In this document: positions 47,777-58,957 of the stretch, in pieces | How positions within the stretch are numbered: position 1 is the first letter of the stretch | How the letters are laid out: every line of letters begins with the position of its first letter | Origin: Actinomycetota bacterium | Lineage (GTDB): Bacteria; Actinomycetota; Acidimicrobiia; Spongiisociales; UBA5794 | Direction: 5' to 3' | Length of the DNA stretch: 64,000 bases | NCBI GenBank assembly: GCA_030123765.1 | Contig: JASJXX010000001.1 | Span: 21,210-85,209 of the forward strand | Program-made: the position numbers and the translations under genes | The notes under the pieces: generated by a model | What the model was told of the DNA's origin: nothing | Databases searched by the model: none | Seen by the model: the letters and a program-made list of their open reading frames with translations, nothing else

Positions 47777-50572
47777 ATGTCGGAACGATGGATATACGCA
47801 TTTGATGACATCGACGCTGCTATGGAGCGCTGCGACGGCGACTGGGACAGGGTGCGGGGCCTCCTCGGAGGCAAGGGAGCGAACCTTGCCGACATGATCC
47901 GCCTCGGGATCTCCGTACCACCGGGCCTCACGATCACTTCTGAGGCCTGCACGGAGTATCTGGCGAACGACCACGGAACCCTGCCAGACGGTCTCCTCGA
48001 AGAACTCGCGACGGCGCTGCGAACCGTTGAAGACATCACAGGCAAGAAGCTCGGTGATCCGAGCAACCCGCTGCTGGTGTCATGCCGGAGCGGCTCCAAG
48101 TCCTCGATGCCCGGGATGATGGACACCGTTCTCAACATCGGGCTCAACGACGACGTAGCCCACGGTATGGCGGAGCTCTTCGACGATCGTCACTTCGCAC
48201 TCGACTCCTACCGCAGGCTGATCCAGATGTTCGCCTCTGTCGTGATGGGCGTCCCGGATGAAGCGTTCGAGACGGTGCTCAGAGCGAACCGCCGCACGCG
48301 CGACGTCGCGAGCAACAGCGACCTCCCCGATGACGACCTCGAACGCGTCGTCGAGGAGTTCAAGGAGATCTTCCGGAATCATGTCGGGCGCGATTTCCCG
48401 ACAGATCCCATAGAGCAGTTGACCATGACCGTGCGCGCCGTCTTCCGATCCTGGAACGGCAAGCGCGCGATCGCGTACCGGGCTGCGGCTGGAATCCCTG
48501 ATGATCTCGGTACTGCCGTGAACGTGCAGGCGATGGTCTTCGGCAATACAGGCCCGGAGTCGGCAACCGGCGTGGTTGTCTCGCGTAGTGCAACGACCGG
48601 GGCGCCAAAGATGGTCGGCGACTTCCTCATCAATGCTCAGGGAGAGGACGTCGTGGCCGGCATACGGCAGACGAGCACGATCGAGGAGTTCAGCCGGGTG
48701 ATGCCCGAACTCCACGCTGAGCTGGAGCAGCACGCCCGCACCCTTGAGCGGCACTACCGCGATGTGCAGGACATCGAGTTCACAATCGAGCGTGGCAAGT
48801 TGTGGCTGCTTCAGACCCGAAACGCTAAACGCACCGCTCAGGCAGCGGTCCGCATCGCCGTCGACCTCGTATCCGAGGGCGTCATCACCAGGGAGGACGC
48901 CCTCAAGCGCGTCACTCCCGAACAAGTCGAGTTCTTTCTGCATCCTCAGTTCGACGCGAGAGCCAAACGAGCGGCCATCGACGAAGGTCGAAAACTCACC
49001 GAGGGGCTCAATGTCTCGCCTGGTGCGGCCGTCGGCATCATTGCGCTCGATGCCGACCTCGCGGAGCAGTGGGCGAGCGAGCGCGACGAACCGATCATCC
49101 TCGTACGTCCAGAGACCAAACCGGACGACATCCATGGAATGCTTGCATCAGCGGGAGTCCTCACTTCCAGCGGCGGCCGCACAAGCCACGCCGCCCTCGT
49201 CGCACGACAGTTCGGCAAGCCTGCGGTGGTTGGCGCGCAGGAGATCGAGGTGAAAGCCGAAGCCCGGATGATCATGGTCGGATCACGAGCGATCAGAGAG
49301 GGTGATTGGATCTCCCTCGACGGATCGACGGGTGAGGTGTTCCTCGGTCAGATCGAGACGTCTCTCCCTGAGTTCGACGATCCGTGGCTCATGACCCTTC
49401 TGACGTGGGCGGACGAGATCCGTGAACTTGACGTCTGGACGAACGCGGACCACCCGGCCGACGCTGTGCGGGCCTTCACATTCGGCGCGAACGGGATCGG
49501 CCTGTGCCGCACGGAGCACATGTTCTTCGCCACAAATCGCCTGCCGATCGTCCAACGGATGATCATGGCGTCGGACGACGACGAGAGGCGTGAGGCGCTC
49601 AGCGAGCTTCTGCCTCTCCAACGGTCAGACTTCGCGGGGTTGTTCCGGGCGATGGACGGGAAACGGGTCATCATCCGCCTGCTCGACCCGCCGCTCCATG
49701 AGTTCCTCCCGAACCAGGACGACCTGATGCGCAAGACCACGGATCTCAAGATCGGGTTGATGAAGGCCGGCGACCTGGCCGAAGTCAACGCGTTGGTTCG
49801 CGAGCTGGAGGAGGCGGAGCACATCCTCAGGGGCGTCGAAGCACTCCACGAGTCGAATCCCATGCTCGGCCTGCGCGGTGTCCGCCTCGCGATCCTGATC
49901 CCGGATCTTCCCGAGATGCAGATCAGGGCGATCTTCGAGGCGACGTTGCAGGTACTCGAGGAGGGTGTGGTGCCGAAGCCCGGCATCATGATCCCGCTCA
50001 CAAGCGACGCGGCCGAGCTCACACCACTCAAAGAGATCGTCGAACGCATGGCGGACGAAGTCCTCGGCGATCGTAAGGATGACGTTGACTATGCGTTCGG
50101 GACGATGATCGAGACACCCCGCGCTGCGCTAACGGCTGGGGCCCTTGCCGAGACAGCGGAGTTCTTCTCCTTCGGAACGAACGACCTGACCCAGATGACG
50201 TTCGGAATCAGCAGGGACGACGCGGAGAAAGCTTTCCTGATCGATTACCTCAAACTCGGCGTGTTCACGGACAACCCGTTCGAAACGCTTGACCGGGAGG
50301 GCGTCGGATCACTGATCCGATCTGCGGTTGCTGCAGGGCGGAGCGCCAGACCCGACATCCACATCGGCATCTGCGGCGAGCACGGCGGCGACCCGGCTTC
50401 TATCGCTCTCTTCGACGAGATCGGCATCGACTACGTCAGCTGCTCACCACTGCGGGTACCTGTCGCAAGGCTCGCCGCAGCCCAAGCGGTGCTCAACCGT
50501 TCTGGTAAGATCACTGTCAGCGTGAATACGCACGCAGGACCGGTTGAAGGAGTGGCGCCAGGCACCGGTTGA
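47777..50572 (+). CDS. ppdK: Pyruvate, phosphate dikinase
   Basis: 931 aa; GGKGANLAEM-type N-terminus, a phospho-His domain and a PEP-utilising TIM barrel. Confidence 0.95.
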   Translation: MSERWIYAFDDIDAAMERCDGDWDRVRGLLGGKGANLADMIRLGISVPPGLTITSEACTEYLANDHGTLPDGLLEELATALRTVEDITGKKLGDPSNPLLVSCRSGSKSSMPGMMDTVLNIGLNDDVAHGMAELFDDRHFALDSYRRLIQMFASVVMGVPDEAFETVLRANRRTRDVASNSDLPDDDLERVVEEFKEIFRNHVGRDFPTDPIEQLTMTVRAVFRSWNGKRAIAYRAAAGIPDDLGTAVNVQAMVFGNTGPESATGVVVSRSATTGAPKMVGDFLINAQGEDVVAGIRQTSTIEEFSRVMPELHAELEQHARTLERHYRDVQDIEFTIERGKLWLLQTRNAKRTAQAAVRIAVDLVSEGVITREDALKRVTPEQVEFFLHPQFDARAKRAAIDEGRKLTEGLNVSPGAAVGIIALDADLAEQWASERDEPIILVRPETKPDDIHGMLASAGVLTSSGGRTSHAALVARQFGKPAVVGAQEIEVKAEARMIMVGSRAIREGDWISLDGSTGEVFLGQIETSLPEFDDPWLMTLLTWADEIRELDVWTNADHPADAVRAFTFGANGIGLCRTEHMFFATNRLPIVQRMIMASDDDERREALSELLPLQRSDFAGLFRAMDGKRVIIRLLDPPLHEFLPNQDDLMRKTTDLKIGLMKAGDLAEVNALVRELEEAEHILRGVEALHESNPMLGLRGVRLAILIPDLPEMQIRAIFEATLQVLEEGVVPKPGIMIPLTSDAAELTPLKEIVERMADEVLGDRKDDVDYAFGTMIETPRAALTAGALAETAEFFSFGTNDLTQMTFGISRDDAEKAFLIDYLKLGVFTDNPFETLDREGVGSLIRSAVAAGRSARPDIHIGICGEHGGDPASIALFDEIGIDYVSCSPLRVPVARLAAAQAVLNRSGKITVSVNTHAGPVEGVAPGTG

Positions 50573-50691
50573 CAATCGACTCCAAGATCCAGCCGCACCG
50601 TCTAATCGTGCCTTCCCTTGATGCGACGGTGCGGCTGCCTCCTTCCAGCCTACGAGCGTGTTATCGGATACCTCGAAGGTTGACGACTACG

Positions 50692-51894
50692 ATGCCCGCC
50701 ATGCGCGACGAAGGAGGCTCGGTGCCAGAAGAACAGGCAACGCCAGCGTCAGAACCCCCCGACAGGATCTCGCACACGGTGACGATTCGCCTCGACCCGC
50801 GATCCGTCTGGCAGATGATCGGTGCGATCCTGATCACGATGCTCGCCCTCTGGCTCGCAGGCGCCGCGAGCCGTCTACTCGTCGTACTCGCCATGTCGTT
50901 CTTCTTCAGCCTCGCTCTCCAACCCGCCGTCCTCTGGCTCACCACCAAGTACCGATGGCGCCGGGGGACCGCCGTGGGTGTCATCTATCTCATCGGGATC
51001 GCCATCGTCGTCTTGATGCTCGCCCTCCTCATCCCCGCCCTGGTGGAACTCGCACACGCGATCAGCCTCCAGGCGTCGGGGTGGATTACGAATGTGGCCC
51101 TCTGGCTCGAGAAGATGTTCGGGATCACGATCTCAGACTCCGCCACGGTGCGTGCGTGGGGAGACAACTTCAGCAACGATGTCATTGCATGGGCTCAAGG
51201 CGGCGGGCTCGGGAGCGTCTTCGGCATCGCGCGCTCCGGACTGGGTCTCGTCTTCGACATGGCAACGATCGCTATGTTCACCTTCTATTTCACCGCCGAT
51301 GCGAAGCGGCTTCAGAACGCGGTCCTCGGTCTCGTCAGGCCAGAGAACCAGCACCGCGTCGGCTGGACCTGGGATCAGGCTGTCATCCAGACGGGTGGAT
51401 ACTTCTACTCACGGCTCGTCCTCATGACTATCAACGGTCTCGGCTTCTTCATCACGATGGTGCTCGTCGGCGTGCCCGCCACCATCTCGATCCCACTCGC
51501 ACTGATCGGTTCGTTCATCGCCACTTTCATCCCCGCGATCGGGAGTTACATCGGCTCCGCGGTCCCGATAGCCCTGACACTCGGCCTCGCAGGCGCGACG
51601 CCTGCGCTCATCGTGCTCGCCTACGCGATCGTGTATCAACAGATCGAGAACTACTGGCTGGGTCCGAAGATCTCCGCCAGGACCATGCCGCTCAACGGTG
51701 CGGTCGCGTTCGGCGCTGCGTTAGCCGGGGGCACCATTGCCGGACCGATCGGTGCGTTCGTCGCACTCCCTGTGGCGGCACTCGCCACCGCCCTCGTATC
51801 AAACTTTGTCAACCATTACGAGGTGGAGTACACATTCGCGTACGGCGAGGTCGTTGTTGGTGAGGAGAGCTCCTCCGAACAATCTGATCCGTGA
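50692..51894 (+). CDS. AI-2E-family transporter (PerM/YhhT-like)
   Basis: Eight TM segments with an AI-2E-family pattern. Start at MPAMRDEGG. Confidence 0.8.
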   Translation: MPAMRDEGGSVPEEQATPASEPPDRISHTVTIRLDPRSVWQMIGAILITMLALWLAGAASRLLVVLAMSFFFSLALQPAVLWLTTKYRWRRGTAVGVIYLIGIAIVVLMLALLIPALVELAHAISLQASGWITNVALWLEKMFGITISDSATVRAWGDNFSNDVIAWAQGGGLGSVFGIARSGLGLVFDMATIAMFTFYFTADAKRLQNAVLGLVRPENQHRVGWTWDQAVIQTGGYFYSRLVLMTINGLGFFITMVLVGVPATISIPLALIGSFIATFIPAIGSYIGSAVPIALTLGLAGATPALIVLAYAIVYQQIENYWLGPKISARTMPLNGAVAFGAALAGGTIAGPIGAFVALPVAALATALVSNFVNHYEVEYTFAYGEVVVGEESSSEQSDP

Positions 51895-51972
51895 CGAAGA
51901 GCGATCCCGGATGGTTCCGAGCCAGGCTCTTCGGCCTCCGCTGGTCTGCATAGACTCAGGTCGGAAGGTGAC

Positions 51973-53163
51973 ATGAACGCTCGATTCCTTGAACACCTGG
52001 CCGGCCAGACCGATGAGATCCGTGACGCCGGGCTCCACAAGTCCGAACGGGTCCTGGCCTCGCCCCAGGACGCGACGATCCGCCTCGCCGACGGCACTGA
52101 GGTGATCAACTTCTGCGCGAACAACTATCTGGGACTCGCGAACGACATCCGTCTAGAGGACGCCGCTGTCCGAGCGGTGAGAGCGCACGGCTACGGAATG
52201 GCCTCAGTGCGTTTCATCTGTGGGACCCACGAAGTTCACAAGCAACTCGAGCGTGACATCAGCGCGTTCCTGAAGACCGGGGACACGATCCTCTACTCGT
52301 CGTGCTGGGATGCGAACGGTGGGCTCTTCGAGACGGTGCTCGGACCTGAGGACGCCGTCATCTCGGACTCTCTGAACCACGCCTCGATCATCGACGGCAT
52401 CCGCCTGTCAAAAGCAGCCAGGTATCGGTACGCCAACAACGACATGGAGGATCTCGCCCGCAAGCTTGACGAGGCCAGGAACGCACGGTTCAGACTGATC
52501 GCGACCGATGGCGTCTTCTCCATGGATGGCACAATCGCCAACCTGCCGGCAATCTGTGACCTTGCCGACGAACACGACGCGATGGTGATGGTCGATGACT
52601 CGCACGCCGTCGGATTCATCGGCGAACAGGGTGGGGGCACCCCCGACCACTGGGGCGTCCAGGATCGTGTGAACATCATCACCGGAACCTTCGGCAAGGC
52701 GCTCGGAGGGGCTTCGGGCGGTTACACCTCCGGTCACAAGGAGATCGTCGACCTTCTGCGCGAGAGATCCCGTCCGTACCTGTTCTCGAACTCGCTCGCC
52801 CCCATGATCGCCGCGGCGACGATCGAGGCTCTCGGCCTGCTGCGCGAGTCTGACGATCTACGCATCCGACTCGCTGCGAATGCAGTTCGGTTCCGCTCCG
52901 GAATGGAGGCCGCAGGGTTCACCCTCCTGGGGGAGGGCCATCCGATCATCCCGGTGATGCTCGGGGACGCGAAGCTCGCAACGGAGATGGCTGACCGGCT
53001 TCTCGCTGAGGGTGTGTACGTAATCGGCTTCTCGTTCCCTGTGGTCCCGCGGGGCGGAGCACGTATCCGGACCCAGATGTCCGCGGCACACACGCTGGAG
53101 CACATCGAGACGGCTATCGCAGCGTTCGTGAAGGTCGGACACGAACTCGGCATTGTCTCGTGA
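51973..53163 (+). CDS. kbl: Glycine C-acetyltransferase (2-amino-3-ketobutyrate CoA ligase)
   Basis: PLP-dependent alpha-oxoamine synthase family motifs (...TFGKALGG...); 396 aa. Confidence 0.9.
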   Translation: MNARFLEHLAGQTDEIRDAGLHKSERVLASPQDATIRLADGTEVINFCANNYLGLANDIRLEDAAVRAVRAHGYGMASVRFICGTHEVHKQLERDISAFLKTGDTILYSSCWDANGGLFETVLGPEDAVISDSLNHASIIDGIRLSKAARYRYANNDMEDLARKLDEARNARFRLIATDGVFSMDGTIANLPAICDLADEHDAMVMVDDSHAVGFIGEQGGGTPDHWGVQDRVNIITGTFGKALGGASGGYTSGHKEIVDLLRERSRPYLFSNSLAPMIAAATIEALGLLRESDDLRIRLAANAVRFRSGMEAAGFTLLGEGHPIIPVMLGDAKLATEMADRLLAEGVYVIGFSFPVVPRGGARIRTQMSAAHTLEHIETAIAAFVKVGHELGIVS

Positions 53164-54188
53164 TGCGAGCACTCGTCAAGGCCAGGCCGGAGCCGGGACT
53201 GTGGATGGAGGAGATCCCGATTCCGCGCGTCGGTCCGAACGACGTTCTCATCAAGGTGACCAAGACGTCTATCTGTGGCACCGACCTCCACATCGTCGCG
53301 TGGGATGAGTGGGCTCGCGAAACCGTCCCTGTCCCCATGACCCTCGGCCACGAATACGTCGGCGTCGTAGCGGAGGTCGGCGCCGAAGTCGAGGGCATCG
53401 AGGTGGGGCGGCGCGTCTCGGGCGAGGGCCACATCGTGTGCGCACGCTGCCGCAACTGCCAGGCGGGCCGGAGGCACCTGTGCATCAACACGGTTGGCGT
53501 AGGGATCGACCGCCCGGGTGCTTTCGCAGAGTATGTCGCTATCCCGGGATCGAACGTGCAGCCGATCCCGGACGGCATCGCTGACGACATCGCGAGCATC
53601 CTCGACCCTCTCGGAAACGCGGTACACACAGCACTCCAATTCGATCTCGTCGGCGAGGACGTCCTCATCACCGGGTCCGGCCCGATCGGGATGATGGCCG
53701 TTGCCATCGCACGTCACGTAGGGGCGCGGTTCATCGTCGTGACCGACGTGAACGACTACAGACTCGAGCTCGCAGAGACGATGGGGGCGGACAGAGAATT
53801 GAACGTCACGAGAGACTCCGTGGCCGACGTGATGGATGATCTCGGAATGAAGGAAGGCTTCGACGTTGGACTTGAGATGTCCGGTGATCCCGCTGCGCTG
53901 CACGACATGATCACCACGATGAACAACGGGGGCAAGATCGCTCTCCTGGGCATCCCCCCGAAGCAGGCGCCGATCGATTGGAACGACATCGTGTTCAAGG
54001 GGTTGACGCTCCAGGGCATCTACGGAAGACGGCTGTTCGAGACCTGGTACAAGATGCTCGCAATGCTTCAGACAGGGCTCGATGTCTCTCCGGTGATCAC
54101 CCACCACTTCGCGGCAGAGGAGTACGAGGACGCGCTCGATGTCATGCAGTCAGGCGACACTGGCAAGGTCATCCTCGACTGGACCTAG
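53160..54188 (+). CDS. tdh: L-threonine 3-dehydrogenase
   Basis: Zn-dependent MDR motifs (GHEYVG..., GSGPIG); overlaps kbl by 4 nt. Confidence 0.9.
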   Translation: MMRALVKARPEPGLWMEEIPIPRVGPNDVLIKVTKTSICGTDLHIVAWDEWARETVPVPMTLGHEYVGVVAEVGAEVEGIEVGRRVSGEGHIVCARCRNCQAGRRHLCINTVGVGIDRPGAFAEYVAIPGSNVQPIPDGIADDIASILDPLGNAVHTALQFDLVGEDVLITGSGPIGMMAVAIARHVGARFIVVTDVNDYRLELAETMGADRELNVTRDSVADVMDDLGMKEGFDVGLEMSGDPAALHDMITTMNNGGKIALLGIPPKQAPIDWNDIVFKGLTLQGIYGRRLFETWYKMLAMLQTGLDVSPVITHHFAAEEYEDALDVMQSGDTGKVILDWT

Positions 54189-54232
54189 CGACGGGTGACC
54201 GGTGACGGGCGGCAGTGTCGTAGCCTTGAGGC

Positions 54233-55075
54233 GTGGGCCGACGTTTCGTCATCCGCGATGCCTCGCGAGTTGGAACCGACATCGTCCGGCTCGTCGTTGA
54301 GGCGCCACGAGTCGCTCGGCACGCCCGGCCGGGGCAGTTCGTGATCGTCCGTTCCGGTGAACACGGTGAGCGTATCCCCCTCACTAGTCGCAGCACCGAC
54401 GCTGCCGAGGGAACGATCACCCTCATCGTCCAGGCAGCTCGCAGCACACCACGAACAAGATCAATCAGAAGGGCGCAGGAGACCACTTCAGGGATGTGCT
54501 GGGACCGCTCGGCACTCCATCCCACATCGAACGATTCGGTACCTGCGTCCTCGTCGCCGGAGGAATCGGAGCGGCGATCGTTCTCCCCGTAGCCGAGGCT
54601 CTCGCGGAGGCGGGGTACGTTGCCATCGGCATCGTGGGGGTCCGCGACAGTGAACACCTGGTCCTCCTCGACGAGATGCGTGCCGCGTGCAACGAGGTGA
54701 TCGTGACGACGGACGACGGGTCTGAGGGCCTGCACGGCCTTGTGACCGACGCCCTCGTAACTCTCATGGCGGAGACCGCCATCGACTATGTGTTTACCGC
54801 AGGACCGATCCCAATGATGCAAGCTGTCGCCGAGCGGACGCGTCAAGACGCCATCGCCACCGTTGCGAGCCTGAACCCTCTCATGGTCGACGGCACCGGC
54901 ATGTGCGGCGGGTGCAGAGTGACCATCAACGGTGCATCGAAGTTCGCTTGTATCGACGGCCCCGAAATCGATGCACACGATGTCAACTTCGCGTTGCTCG
55001 GTACGCGAACCGGGGCGTACCTCTCCTTTGAATCCTGCAAGCTCGATGAGGCGGTCGAGGCTCTGGATGCCTGAA
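54233..55075 (+). pseudogene. Frameshifted nfnA/sudB/pyrK-like ferredoxin-NADP reductase small subunit
   Basis: The N-terminal part (RFVIRD...PGQFVIVR...ERIPLT...GTITLIVQ) is in one frame. The remainder (GDHFRDVLGPLGTPSHI...GGIGAAIV...GTGMCGGCRV 2Fe-2S motif) is in a different frame from about 54440. Confidence 0.6.
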
Positions 55076-55557
55076 CGCACGAAGCGCGAGCGCATGAAGA
55101 TGGAGCGCACCGCCGTTCCGAGACAGAGATGCCAGCTCGGAGCGAGGAGATCGCCCACGCCCTGGAAGAGGGCGTCCACATCCGCTTCCTCATCGCCCCA
55201 ACATCATTCAACGGCGCAGAGGGGTGGCTCTCGAGTGTCACGATCCAGAAGATGCAGCTCGGAGAGCCCGACGCCGACGGGCGAGCGCGGCCGGATCCGA
55301 TCCAGGGCGCGTTCGAGACAATCGACGCAGACGTAGTCGTTGTCGCCATCGGCAACGCGCCGAATCCTCTCCTCACGAAGTCCACGCCAGCCCTCACAAC
55401 GAGCCCGTGGGGCACGATCGAGATCAACGAGGAGACAGGCCTCACATCGATCCCCGGCGTGTTCGCCGGGGGCGACATCACAACCGGCAGCGCAACCGAG
55501 GTCCTTGCTCTCGCTGCGGGACGCCGCGCCGCGGCTGCTATCGATGACTATCTCTGA
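55067..55557 (+). pseudogene. Remnant of a GltD/NfnB/SudA-like large subunit with an internal deletion
   Basis: A GltD-type N-terminus MPERTKRERMKME... at 55067 overlaps the upstream stop (ATGCCTGA). It then jumps, in a different frame, to the C-terminal ~145 residues (...RRSETEMPARSEEIAHALEEGV...MQLGEPDADGRARP...GVFAGGD...IDDYL). Confidence 0.55.
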
Positions 55558-55590
55558 GCTGCCTGGGGAGGAGACTCCCGACAGCTGACA

Positions 55591-56085
55591 TCACATCACG
55601 AACGGGATTATCCGCCACGCGACCTCAGAGCGGTACGCCCGATAGCCCTCGACGCGCACGACGAGCATCTCTTCCTCCCTCTCCGTCTTCGCCATGAAGA
55701 AAACGAGAAACGTCGCGGATACCAGCAGCACCGCTGGATTGGCGTAGGCGAGCCCGACCCCGAGGGTGAAGATGACGACGCCCGAGTACATGGGGTGACG
55801 CACATGACGGTACGGACCAGAGTCGATGAGCTGCGCGTTCTCGACGGGCCGCGGAAGCGGAGACACCACCCCTCCATGCGCGACCAGTGCCCAGAGCGCA
55901 ACACCCGCACCACCGACACCGATCACGACACCCACCATCCGGGCGAAGATGAGGCCGGGAACTTCGTTCAATGTGTCGCCAAAGACCACGGCGAAGACGA
56001 AGAGGGCGAAGATCACACCCTGGACAACAACCCACCCGATCTCCCGCTCCATATATGAGTCGATACGACTCATATTTTCTGGCAC
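55591..56085 (-). CDS. Isoprenylcysteine carboxyl methyltransferase (ICMT/PEMT)-family membrane methyltransferase
   Basis: ...LIDSGPYRHVRHPMYSGVV...EEEMLV... The true start is probably Met12 (56052), because the first 11 codons are encoded by the HAIR palindrome. Confidence 0.7.
   Translation of the reverse strand: MPENMSRIDSYMEREIGWVVVQGVIFALFVFAVVFGDTLNEVPGLIFARMVGVVIGVGGAGVALWALVAHGGVVSPLPRPVENAQLIDSGPYRHVRHPMYSGVVIFTLGVGLAYANPAVLLVSATFLVFFMAKTEREEEMLVVRVEGYRAYRSEVAWRIIPFVM
56053..56075. promoter_or_regulatory. HspR-associated inverted repeat (HAIR) upstream of clpB
   Basis: ATATGAGTCGATACGACTCATAT, a perfect 10-bp-arm palindrome with the TGAGT-N7-ACTCA core, about 70 bp upstream of the clpB start. 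Confidence 0.6.
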
Positions 56086-56142
56086 GGGCTACGCTTTCCT
56101 GTGGGCATAGGATGTAGTATCCCACGAGGACGCGTGAAACTC

Positions 56143-58734
56143 ATGAATATCAATATATTCACCGAACGGAGCAAGCAAGCCGTGCTCCACGCACGCGACA
56201 CCGCTGCTGAACGCCGTCACCAGTATGTGCACCCCGAGCATCTCCTTGAGAGCCTGCTCGCCCAATCCGACGGCATCATCTACCCGATCCTGGCGAAGCT
56301 GGGTGTGCACGTCACCGACGTTCAACGGCCGAACGAAGCTGCGCTCGACGCGATGCCGACCATGTACGGCGGGAACGAGGTCGCATTCGCCCAGGATGCA
56401 CTCGATCTCCTCAGCACCGCCGAACTCGAGATGAAGGCGTTGCACGACACCTACGTATCCATCGAGCACGTCCTCATCGCGCTCGCGAACTCCCCCTCGT
56501 CAACAGGTGACACCTTACGCGAGGCTGGCGTCACAAAGGAGAGCATTCTCACAGCCCTCACGGAGGTACGCGGCTCCCAACGCGTCACCAGCCAGAACCC
56601 GGAGGACACCTTCGCCCCGCTCGAGCAGTTCGGCCGCGACCTCACCCAGGACGCTCGAAACGGCAAGCTCGACCCGGTCATCGGGCGTGACGACGAGATT
56701 CGCCGTGTCATACAAGTGCTCTCACGCCGGAAGAAGAACAACCCCGTGCTGATAGGCGAGCCAGGTACGGGAAAGACAGCGATAGCCGAAGGCCTCGCGC
56801 AGCGCATCGCCGACGGCGACGTACCCGAGAGCCTGAAAAACTGCAGATTGATCTCACTCGACATCGGGGCGATGGTTGCAGGCGCCAAGTTCCGCGGCGA
56901 GTTCGAGGAGCGCCTCAAGGCCGTGCTCAGCGAGATCAAGGCGTCGGAGGGGCGCATCATCACTTTCATCGACGAGATGCACACCATCGTCGGTGCCGGC
57001 GCCGCTGAGGGATCGATGGATGCCTCGAACATGTTGAAGCCGATGCTCGCCCGCGGTGAGCTGCGCATGATCGGAGCCACCACGCTCGACGAATTCCGCA
57101 AATACATAGAGAAGGATCCCGCCCTCGAACGGCGTTTCCAGCCCGTGCTCGTCGAACCGCCAACCGTCGATGAGACGATCGGAATCCTTCGAGGCCTCAA
57201 GGAGCGCTACGAGATACACCACGGGGTACGCATCACCGACGCTGCCCTGATCGGCGCCGCGGTCCTCTCCGACCGGTACGTGACGGGTCGTCACCTTCCG
57301 GACAAAGCGATCGACCTCATCGACGAATCGGCATCGAAGCTCAGGATCGAGATCGACTCGATGCCTGATGAGATCGATGAACTCGAGCGGCGCCGCCGCC
57401 AGTTCGAGATCGAGCGCCAGGCACTCTCCAAGGAGGAGGACAAGACGTCGCAGGAGAGACTCGCCGCAATTGAGAAGGAACTCGCCGACCTCGGCGAAGA
57501 GCTCGACGCGCTCACGGCACACTGGCAGCTTGAGAAAGATCTGATCGGCAAGATCCGCTCGACCAAGGAACAGATCGAGGAGGGTCGGACGGAAGCCGAA
57601 CGTGCTGAACGCGAGGGCGACCTTGAGAAGGCAGCCGAGCTCCGCTACAGCACGCTCCCCACCCTTCAACAGCAACTTACGACAGGGCAGGTAAAGCTCG
57701 ATGAGCTCCAGGTGAATCTAAAGATGCTGAAGGAAGAAGTGGACGAGGAGGACGTTGCCGAGGTCGTGAGCCGCTGGACCGGCATTCCGGTCTCCAAGCT
57801 GATGGAGGGAGAGATGCACAAGCTCGTGCGCCTCGAAGAGCACCTTCACAAGCGTGTCATAGGACAGGACGATGCCGTGTCTGCAATATCGAACGCCATT
57901 CGGCGGTCGCGGGCGGGGCTCTCCGATCCCAACCGCCCGATCGGTTCCTTCCTCTTCCTCGGACCGACCGGCGTTGGCAAGACCGAGCTAGCGAGAGCGC
58001 TCGCTGAGTTCCTCTTCGACGACGAACGCGCGATGGTTCGCCTCGACATGTCTGAGTACATGGAGAAGCACTCGGTGAGCCGCCTGATCGGAGCACCGCC
58101 CGGGTACGTCGGCTACGACGAGGGTGGACAACTCACGGAGGCCGTGCGTCGCAGACCGTACTCGATCGTCCTGCTCGACGAGGTCGAGAAGGCGCACCCG
58201 GAGGTGTTCAACGTGCTGCTTCAGTTACTCGACGACGGACGATTGACCGACGGGCAGGGCCGCACCGTCGACTTCACGAACACCGTTCTCGTGATGACGT
58301 CGAACCTCGGGTCAGAGCTGATCACCGCTGACTCTCCGGAAGATGTGATCGAAGCGAGGGTGTTGGAGGCAGTCAAGGAACACTTCAGGCCTGAGTTCCT
58401 GAACCGAGTGGATGACACAATCGTGTTCCACCGCCTCTCGAAGGATGACCTGCGCCAGATCGTCGCGATCCGATTCGCTGAACTGCAGCGTCGGCTCGCC
58501 GACCGCAAGGTCGACGTTGAACTCACCGAGAACGCGATCGACTGGCTCACCGACCATGGCTACGACCCGGTGTACGGCGCTCGACCACTGAAGCGCCTCC
58601 TCCAATCTGCCGTGGCTGACCCCCTTGCGATGAGGATTCTCAGCGGCGACCTCCCGGAGAACTCGAAGGTCACCATCGACACCTCCGAACACGGCCTCGC
58701 TTTTCTCTCTCCCTCTCGCGGGAGCAACGGCTGA
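56143..58734 (+). CDS. clpB: ATP-dependent chaperone ClpB
   Basis: Two AAA+ modules ([18 protein letters not shown]), a coiled-coil middle domain and a Clp N-domain. Confidence 0.95.
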   Translation: MNINIFTERSKQAVLHARDTAAERRHQYVHPEHLLESLLAQSDGIIYPILAKLGVHVTDVQRPNEAALDAMPTMYGGNEVAFAQDALDLLSTAELEMKALHDTYVSIEHVLIALANSPSSTGDTLREAGVTKESILTALTEVRGSQRVTSQNPEDTFAPLEQFGRDLTQDARNGKLDPVIGRDDEIRRVIQVLSRRKKNNPVLIGEPGTGKTAIAEGLAQRIADGDVPESLKNCRLISLDIGAMVAGAKFRGEFEERLKAVLSEIKASEGRIITFIDEMHTIVGAGAAEGSMDASNMLKPMLARGELRMIGATTLDEFRKYIEKDPALERRFQPVLVEPPTVDETIGILRGLKERYEIHHGVRITDAALIGAAVLSDRYVTGRHLPDKAIDLIDESASKLRIEIDSMPDEIDELERRRRQFEIERQALSKEEDKTSQERLAAIEKELADLGEELDALTAHWQLEKDLIGKIRSTKEQIEEGRTEAERAEREGDLEKAAELRYSTLPTLQQQLTTGQVKLDELQVNLKMLKEEVDEEDVAEVVSRWTGIPVSKLMEGEMHKLVRLEEHLHKRVIGQDDAVSAISNAIRRSRAGLSDPNRPIGSFLFLGPTGVGKTELARALAEFLFDDERAMVRLDMSEYMEKHSVSRLIGAPPGYVGYDEGGQLTEAVRRRPYSIVLLDEVEKAHPEVFNVLLQLLDDGRLTDGQGRTVDFTNTVLVMTSNLGSELITADSPEDVIEARVLEAVKEHFRPEFLNRVDDTIVFHRLSKDDLRQIVAIRFAELQRRLADRKVDVELTENAIDWLTDHGYDPVYGARPLKRLLQSAVADPLAMRILSGDLPENSKVTIDTSEHGLAFLSPSRGSNG

Positions 58735-58750
58735 TCCCAGCAGAGTCGGA

Positions 58751-58784
58751 GAGGGCCCCAAGAGCCTCCCTTCTTCAATTTTCG
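58751..58784 (+). terminator. Weak terminator-like GC hairpin followed by a T-rich tract after clpB
   Basis: GAGGGC-cccaaga-GCCTC followed by ccttcttcaatttt. Confidence 0.3.
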
Positions 58785-58957
58785 CAGTATGGCCACAGTC
58801 GTCGTTAGCGTCTCCGCCGACAGAGCGCTCATCAAGAGCGGTTGAGGGACGGGCCCTGTGAAACCGCAGCAACCGGTGACATCGCCATCCGGCGACGAGC
58901 ACGGGGCGGAGGGAAGCTCGTCTCGTGGCAGGATGGCTTCGGGACCGGAGCGGTGCG

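Noticed and set aside
51895-51972. Glycine riboswitch upstream of kbl-tdh
   Set aside because: The leader is only 78 nt and lacks the paired-aptamer conserved cores. It contains at most a small hairpin, which is probably the terminator of the upstream transporter gene.
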